From: Candidatus Zhuqueibacterota bacterium
GTDB lineage: Bacteria; Zhuqueibacterota; Zhuqueibacteria; Thermofontimicrobiales; Thermofontimicrobiaceae
Length of the DNA: 24,251 nucleotides
Reading direction: 5' to 3'
Assembly: GCA_049322915.1 (NCBI GenBank)
Contig: JBMOPW010000002.1
Location: forward strand, 137,483-161,733
A program made the position numbers and the translations under genes. Below the pieces are notes generated by a model. It was given only the letters and a program-made list of their open reading frames with translations. It was not told where the DNA came from and did no database searches. Shown piece by piece: positions 18,692-24,251 of this stretch (position 1 is its first letter; every line of letters begins with the position of its first letter).

Positions 18692-20161
18692 ATGAATTCT
18701 CTGGAAGGCTATTTTGATACGTTTCGGAAAAACATCATTGGCATTGATCAGACATTTCGTTCGCCGTACGGTGAGCAGCGGATTCTGTACGCGGATTGGA
18801 TCGCCAGCGGTCGGTTATACAGACCCATCGAAGAGAGAGTATCCGATTTCTTCGGGCCGTTCGTGGGCAATACGCACACGGAGACAAGCGTCACCGGCAC
18901 ATCCATGACGCGGAGTTACCATCGCGCTCAGGAAATCATCAAGCGCCATGTCAATGCCGGGCCGGAGGACGTGATCATCAATTTTGGCTTTGGCATGACA
19001 GCGGCCATCATTAAATTTCAGCGAATTCTGGGGCTCAAAATTCCGGAGCAATTGAAATCCTGCACCAACCTGTCCGAAGAATTGCGGCCGGTCGTTTTTA
19101 TCACGCACATGGAACATCATTCGAATCAGACGTCATGGCTGGAAACGCTAGCAGAGGTAGTCGTGATTCCGCCGGATGAAAACGGTTTGGTGGATCCCCG
19201 GCTGCTGGAGCCGCTGCTCGTTAAATATCAAAATCGCCAGACGAAAATCGGTTCATTCTCCGCCTGCTCCAATGTCACAGGGATCGAAACGCCGTACCAC
19301 GAGTTGGCCCGAATCATGCATGAACACGGCGGCTATTGTTTCGTCGATTTTGCCGCATCCGCGCCCTACGTGAGCATGAATATGCATCCTGAGAATCCGC
19401 TGGAAAAACTGGATGCAATTTTCTTTTCGCCGCACAAATTTCTGGGGGGACCCGGTTCGTCCGGAGTGCTCATTTTTGATTCGAAATTGTACCAGAGCAA
19501 AGTCCCTGATCAACCCGGCGGCGGCACTGTGGACTGGACCAATCCCTGGGGACAGCATCGGTACGTCTCGAACATCGAAGCGCGGGAAGATGGCGGAACG
19601 CCCGGCTTTTTACAGGCGATTCGATCCGCCCTGTCCGTTCTGCTCAAGGAACAGATGAGTGTGGAAAAATTAAATGCGAGGGAGAGGCAGCTAACGGCTG
19701 CCGCGTTTGCCGGACTTCGAAAAATTCCCGGTCTTCATCTCCTGGCCGACCAAATCGAAAAGCGGCTGGGCGTCCTTTCGTTTTATGTCGACGGGATTCA
19801 TTACAACCTGCTTGTCAAGCTGCTGAACGATCGCTTCGGCATTCAGGTGCGCGGTGGATGTTCCTGCGCCGGAACTTACGGCCACTACCTGCTGCATGTG
19901 GACCGCGATACATCCCGTAAAATCACCGAGAAAATCGACCACGGTGATCTGTCCGAAAAACCCGGCTGGGTGCGCCTTTCGCTGCATCCGACCATGACCG
20001 ATGAGGAGATGAACTTCATTGTCTCCGCCATTGCGGATATTGTCGAGAACATTTCGAACTGGCGCCGCGACTATGAGTACAATCCATCAACGAATGAGTT
20101 CATCCATCGCGACCACGGTTTTCATTATGGCGCCGAGATCGATCCCTGGTTTACTCTTTGA
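18692..20161 (+). CDS. Class V PLP enzyme, long cysteine desulfurase/selenocysteine lyase-like subfamily
   Basis: YADWIASG, EHHSN, DFAA, FSPHKFLGGPG (PLP Lys), EDGGTP and RGGCSCAG; GAGG SD. Confidence 0.88.
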   Translation: MNSLEGYFDTFRKNIIGIDQTFRSPYGEQRILYADWIASGRLYRPIEERVSDFFGPFVGNTHTETSVTGTSMTRSYHRAQEIIKRHVNAGPEDVIINFGFGMTAAIIKFQRILGLKIPEQLKSCTNLSEELRPVVFITHMEHHSNQTSWLETLAEVVVIPPDENGLVDPRLLEPLLVKYQNRQTKIGSFSACSNVTGIETPYHELARIMHEHGGYCFVDFAASAPYVSMNMHPENPLEKLDAIFFSPHKFLGGPGSSGVLIFDSKLYQSKVPDQPGGGTVDWTNPWGQHRYVSNIEAREDGGTPGFLQAIRSALSVLLKEQMSVEKLNARERQLTAAAFAGLRKIPGLHLLADQIEKRLGVLSFYVDGIHYNLLVKLLNDRFGIQVRGGCSCAGTYGHYLLHVDRDTSRKITEKIDHGDLSEKPGWVRLSLHPTMTDEEMNFIVSAIADIVENISNWRRDYEYNPSTNEFIHRDHGFHYGAEIDPWFTL

Positions 20162-20188
20162 ACAGATTCGTTTTGACTTTTTGAATAA

Positions 20189-20346
20189 GTGTCTGTCCGA
20201 AAATTGCAAATATTGACCTCACCCCAACCCTCTCCTAAAAGGAGAGGGGCCCGTAGGGTAAGAAGGAGTTTAGGGGATGAGGTCTGATGTAATGAAGTTT
20301 GAAAATATCAACGCCATAGCTAATTTAGGTATTTTCGGACAGACAC
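20189..20346. mobile_element. 158-bp MITE-like non-coding element with REP-like internal hairpins
   Basis: Perfect 16-bp terminal inverted repeats (TIRs) GTGTCTGTCCGAAAAT (20189-20204) and ATTTTCGGACAGACAC (20331-20346); nested internal inverted repeats at 20215-20284. Confidence 0.65.
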
Positions 20347-20432
20347 GATTTAGTATGTAGCCACTGCATTTTCTGCCACTCCTGCCACACACGATCGGCA
20401 TGTTGCGTCGACATGATTGCAACCCAACCGGC

Positions 20433-20984
20433 TCATTGAGAGAGCTGGGCTAAAGCGTTGGTATACTGGCTCATCAGCTCTTTTTCAAAACTAATGACAT
20501 CTCCAACCAGGATGGAATAGCCCCGAAGAAAATCATTGAAATCCGAAGCGCTCAACGTGAACATTTTCGAATAGATCAACTGGCCGATGACTGCGATATT
20601 CTGTTTGTAGGTCAACTGCATTTCGTGTATTTCCGAGATTATCACGAGGTCACTGTATTTCAAATGGGGAGACGCGCCGGATGCTTCAATGATCTCCAAC
20701 GCCGTATCCCGCAGGATTGGTACATTCAACCCGATATTGCCGATTTTCTTCTCCTGAATGGACGTATACAATTGCTCGTGCATGGGTAGCTTTTTCTCAA
20801 TTTCGATTTTGTTGGTTGAAATTTCATCGCGAATGGTCTTCACGGCCTGGGCCACAAGGGCTTTGTTTTTAATATTCTGACGCCATTCGTTAATCAACAG
20901 GGCCAGTAACACGCTGAATGTAACCAGCGCCACTTGGAACAGATAGGACTTCCAGGTTTTGGATTTCGGAAATGAATCGGACAT
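20433..20984 (-). CDS. Hypothetical protein with a single N-terminal TM helix followed by a coiled coil
   Basis: QVALVTFSVLLALLINEW helix followed by IRDEISTN; AAAGGA SD before ATG 20984. Confidence 0.75.
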   Translation of the reverse strand: MSDSFPKSKTWKSYLFQVALVTFSVLLALLINEWRQNIKNKALVAQAVKTIRDEISTNKIEIEKKLPMHEQLYTSIQEKKIGNIGLNVPILRDTALEIIEASGASPHLKYSDLVIISEIHEMQLTYKQNIAVIGQLIYSKMFTLSASDFNDFLRGYSILVGDVISFEKELMSQYTNALAQLSQ

Positions 20985-21132
20985 GAAGTTCCTTTTGACT
21001 GATTGAAAATTTGAGAGAATGGCCTCCGTCTTCAACGGAGAGCGTGAGTTTGAAATGCCGAGCTTTAATATTTCACTCTGACAATCTTAATTTGCCATTG
21101 TGCTATGAAATAAATATGAGTTGCTGCCAATA

Positions 21133-23571
21133 TCAATTTTTGCTCTGCTTCAAATAAGCATCGAGCCAGGTGATTGTCTCCCACCAGACATGCAGCACAG
21201 ACTCTCTCGCCTGATAGCCGTGACTTTCATTGGGAAGAAGCACAAGCCGCGCCGTTGCTCCATGCCCTTTCAGCGCGTTGTAAAAACGCTCGCTCTGAAT
21301 GGGGAATGTGCCGGAGTTGTTATCAGCCTGACCGTGAATGAGCAGTATCGGCTCGTTGATTTTGTCGGCGTGCATGAAGGGCGACATGGTGTTGTAAATC
21401 GCCGGCGCCTCCCAGTACGTTCGCTCCTCGGACTGGAATCCGAACGGAGTCAACGTCCGATTGTACGCGCCGCTGCGGGCAACCCCTGTCCGGAATAAAT
21501 CGGAGTGAGCCAGCAAATTCGCTGTCATAAATGCGCCGTAGGAATGGCCGGAAATGGCGATGCGATCCGGCGACGTCACGCCGCGTCGGACGACTTCATC
21601 AATCGCAGCTTTGGCGCTGGCGACCAGTTGCCCCACAAAGGTGTCGTTGGGCTCGGCTTCGCCCTGTCCGATGATGGGCATGGTCGGTCCATCCAGAACA
21701 GCGTAGCCCTGGGTCAGCAGCAGCATCGGCGAACTCCAGCCAATGCGGATGAACTGGTAGGGAGAGCCGCTCATCTGGCCGGCCGCCTGAGCGCTTTTAA
21801 ATTCCTGAGGATACGCCCACATCAGCATGGGCAGCGGGCCGTCTTCCGGTTTGTAATTCGCCGGCAAATAAAGCGTGGCGGTCAAATCCACGCCATCATC
21901 GCGTTTGTAGCGAATGATCTCCTTTTGCACATCCATCAATTGCGGCGTGGGATGCGGAAAGTGCGTGAGTTGAATCATGGCCTGCTTCTCGATGTCGTAC
22001 ACGTAGTAGTTGGGCGGTTCTTTGACGGACTCCCGTCGCAGCAACAGCCGCATTTTCTTCGCGTCGAGAAGTGCAGACGCCGATTCGAAATAGGGGGCAT
22101 GCGATTGCCAGAGCCGCTTCGTTTTCCCTGTGGTCACATCGAACATGTCGAAGAATGGAAAATCACCTTCAGGAGACGCACCGTTGCCGGTGAGGAATAT
22201 GTTCTTGCCGCTTTTATCCGTCTGAAGGACATAGACGCCGTAAGAATTCTGCGTGCGAACCGGGTCGCCCGGGTCAGAATAACGATCTTCGTAAGAGCGG
22301 TCAACGAGCAGTTTCGGGCTGGACTTCGGATTATCCGGCTGAATCAGCCAGGTAATTGTGCGACGCGTTTTCCACCACGATTCCGAAGCCAGCGCCAGTT
22401 TGCCTGTCCCCCAGGCAATGCCGTCAAACCGGAAGTTCAGGGAAATCAGTGCAGCAGGTGCGGCATCGAATGGAGCCGAAACCATGAACACCTTATCGCG
22501 AATTTCAGCCTGGCTGCGGGGATCACCGCCGTCCTGGGCCTCGGTCCAGACAAGAGTCGCCGGCGCATCAGCGCGCCAATCAAAGGAGCGCGGCCCTGTC
22601 CTCACTGCATCGAAACCGGAGGGCAATTCCTCCGCCAGTGGAATTTCAGCTATGGTGCGAATGAGGCGTCCCTCAATATCCAAAATCTCCACGGTCATCG
22701 GGAAATGATAGGCCGGCACCAGATAGGAATAAGGCCGATGAATTTTCTCGACAAGGATATACCTGCCATCCGGCGAAGGCTCTGCGCGCGAGTAGACCGC
22801 GCTTTGGCCCAGCCGGATCGATGACCCGTCCAGCGAGACTTTGATCAATTCGGATTGCACATAGTAGTCGAAGAGTTGCTCGTCGTACGGATTTTTCAAC
22901 AGGTCCTGAAACGTCCAGGCCGGCGCTTTTTTTCCGATATTCTCCTGGATGACAGGCCCGGTTGGAACAGCCACCGGCGCGGGCACCGGGGTTCGGGGCT
23001 GAGGAACTGTTTTGCAGAGAATCGTCTTGCTGTCCGAAACCCAGTAGAACGGGGCGCCGTAGGCGTCGTTGATGGGATTTGTCGCAAGCTGCGTCGCGTG
23101 GCCTGTTCGAACGTCAGCGATCCAGAGATCGATGCGCTCCTTTCCAGTGAGCGTGAAAGCGATGCGCTTGCTGTCCGGCGACCAGGTGAGATTATCTATT
23201 TTCGCGTCGGCCGGCAACGCCAACCGCGTCTCCTCGCCCGTGGCAATGCGTTTTAAAATCAGTCCGCTGTAACATCGGGCGCGACTGGGCCCGTTGGTGT
23301 TTGGATCGATGCGGATGCCGGCAAGCCTCAATTCCGGCCGGGACAATTCTTCAATCGTGGGCAATCCCGGCTGCTCCAGAATCAGGAGCCAGTTCTTGTC
23401 CGGGCTGATGCGGACAGCCGGCGTCGGTTGCGCGTCGATGATGTCGACAATCGCTTTGGCCGGCAATTGATACCGGAGTGTAGCGTCTGTTTGTGAAAAG
23501 AGCGACACCGAAGTACAGAATAATACAACGACAAGCGCGGTTATAAAAATGGCTGATTGTCTGATTTTCAT
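21133..23571 (-). CDS. Secreted S9 (prolyl oligopeptidase family) peptidase, glutamyl-peptidase (S9D)-like
   Basis: Signal peptide; propeller repeats (WSPD, PSPDG); nucleophile GHSYG, HGQADNNSGT and ESHGY triad; RSGAYNRTLTPFGFQSE; AAGGAG SD. Confidence 0.92.
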   Translation of the reverse strand: MKIRQSAIFITALVVVLFCTSVSLFSQTDATLRYQLPAKAIVDIIDAQPTPAVRISPDKNWLLILEQPGLPTIEELSRPELRLAGIRIDPNTNGPSRARCYSGLILKRIATGEETRLALPADAKIDNLTWSPDSKRIAFTLTGKERIDLWIADVRTGHATQLATNPINDAYGAPFYWVSDSKTILCKTVPQPRTPVPAPVAVPTGPVIQENIGKKAPAWTFQDLLKNPYDEQLFDYYVQSELIKVSLDGSSIRLGQSAVYSRAEPSPDGRYILVEKIHRPYSYLVPAYHFPMTVEILDIEGRLIRTIAEIPLAEELPSGFDAVRTGPRSFDWRADAPATLVWTEAQDGGDPRSQAEIRDKVFMVSAPFDAAPAALISLNFRFDGIAWGTGKLALASESWWKTRRTITWLIQPDNPKSSPKLLVDRSYEDRYSDPGDPVRTQNSYGVYVLQTDKSGKNIFLTGNGASPEGDFPFFDMFDVTTGKTKRLWQSHAPYFESASALLDAKKMRLLLRRESVKEPPNYYVYDIEKQAMIQLTHFPHPTPQLMDVQKEIIRYKRDDGVDLTATLYLPANYKPEDGPLPMLMWAYPQEFKSAQAAGQMSGSPYQFIRIGWSSPMLLLTQGYAVLDGPTMPIIGQGEAEPNDTFVGQLVASAKAAIDEVVRRGVTSPDRIAISGHSYGAFMTANLLAHSDLFRTGVARSGAYNRTLTPFGFQSEERTYWEAPAIYNTMSPFMHADKINEPILLIHGQADNNSGTFPIQSERFYNALKGHGATARLVLLPNESHGYQARESVLHVWWETITWLDAYLKQSKN

Positions 23572-23802
23572 CTCCCGGACTCCTTTGTATTTGATGGTTG
23601 ATGCGAAGTTTAGCGACTAAGATTTTTCCCCGGCAGCGCCATTCAGACATGCGTCCGAGGAGACTGCCCGGCGTTGAATTTGATTTGATTCGATCATTTT
23701 GAACGAACGCGGATGTCGCGCTAAAATGGCCGAGCGATGGCGTGCCCTGCCCTGGATCGATGCAGAACTGACGTGATTTGCATTTGAAATACGCATTACC
23801 GA

Positions 23803-23830
23803 AAGATAATAAAAAATAGAAATATGTCAA
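23803..23830 (-). promoter_or_regulatory. Putative promoter upstream of the S9 peptidase
   Basis: Minus strand TTGACA (23830-23825), 16 nt spacer, TATCTT (23808-23803). Confidence 0.45.
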
Positions 23831-24024
23831 GCAGAAGTTTGGAAATTTTCAGGATGGGTGATTTTATTTTCGACACACGTGGGTCCGGTTCGGTTCGACA
23901 GAATTCTGAGCAATCCGGGTGGATATAAATGCAGCCTTGAAAAGGGCGCATTCCACTCTATTTCAACAGGCTGTTGAATGTCGCTCAAATAAAGTGAGCA
24001 GTAACACCCATGGATGCCAGTTCT

Positions 24025-24251
24025 ATTTCAATCCTACAATAGTCCGATTAAAACTGCGGATAAATATAATTATACATTTCAAAAAGCTGATTTCAATCCT
24101 ACAATAGTCCGATTAAAACAAAAATTGCCATGAGTGACGAGACGGGCAACGTTGATTTCAATCCTACAATAGTCCGATTAAAACTCGATAAAAAAGTTGA
24201 TAACAGCCTATCACTGAATGCATTTCAATCCTACAATAGTCCGATTAAAAC
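24025..24251 (-). CRISPR. CRISPR array truncated by the window end: 4 identical 30-nt repeats and 3 spacers
   Basis: ATTTCAATCCTACAATAGTCCGATTAAAAC at 24025, 24090, 24155 and 24222; spacers of 35, 35 and 37 nt; reverse complement GTTTTAATCGGACTATTGTAGGATTGAAAT ends in the ATTGAAAN handle typical of Cas6-processed type I-B/III repeats. Confidence 0.97.

Noticed and set aside
12165..20161. Selenocysteine (UGA read-through) in the sulfur-related genes
   Set aside because: All catalytic motifs are complete with Cys codons and the ORFs are full length, so no in-frame UGA is needed.
21505..22824. Long antisense ORFs (439 aa here; also 7172-7870, 7867-8661, 13514-14395 and 16970-17704)
   Set aside because: They are shadows of well-supported genes on the opposite strand and show no recognisable motifs.
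23919..24107. 62-aa ORF overlapping the CRISPR array
   Set aside because: It runs through repeats and spacers and is spurious.

Overview
This is a bacterial chromosomal window of about 50% GC that appears to span a whole contig: it has a poly-C artefact at the left edge and ends exactly on a CRISPR repeat at the right edge. The host is probably a diderm anaerobe or facultative anaerobe (inference from an outer-membrane barrel, a DUF4296-like lipoprotein and Hdr-type Fe-S proteins). Gene content from left to right: alpha-glucan phosphorylase; a queD-queE-queC-queF preQ1 operon; a minus-strand run ispG / class I-II aminotransferase / ROK kinase / unknown outer-membrane protein; a YprB/MrfB-like exonuclease-TPR protein; a cysteine-desulfurase-like enzyme convergent with a three-gene dsrC-like / NarI-like membrane subunit / HdrD-TmcB-like operon; an ABC-2 exporter behind an attenuator-like leader; a lipoprotein and a second class V PLP enzyme; a 158-bp MITE-like element; a small membrane protein; an S9 peptidase; and the trailer end of a class 1-type CRISPR array (4 repeats, no cas genes in view). 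The most interesting items are the stand-alone two-cysteine DsrC plus heterodisulfide-reductase-like module near two desulfurases, the leader peptide and terminator ahead of the ABC exporter, a structured ispG leader, and a recurrent TTGnnn-17-TATATT promoter variant.
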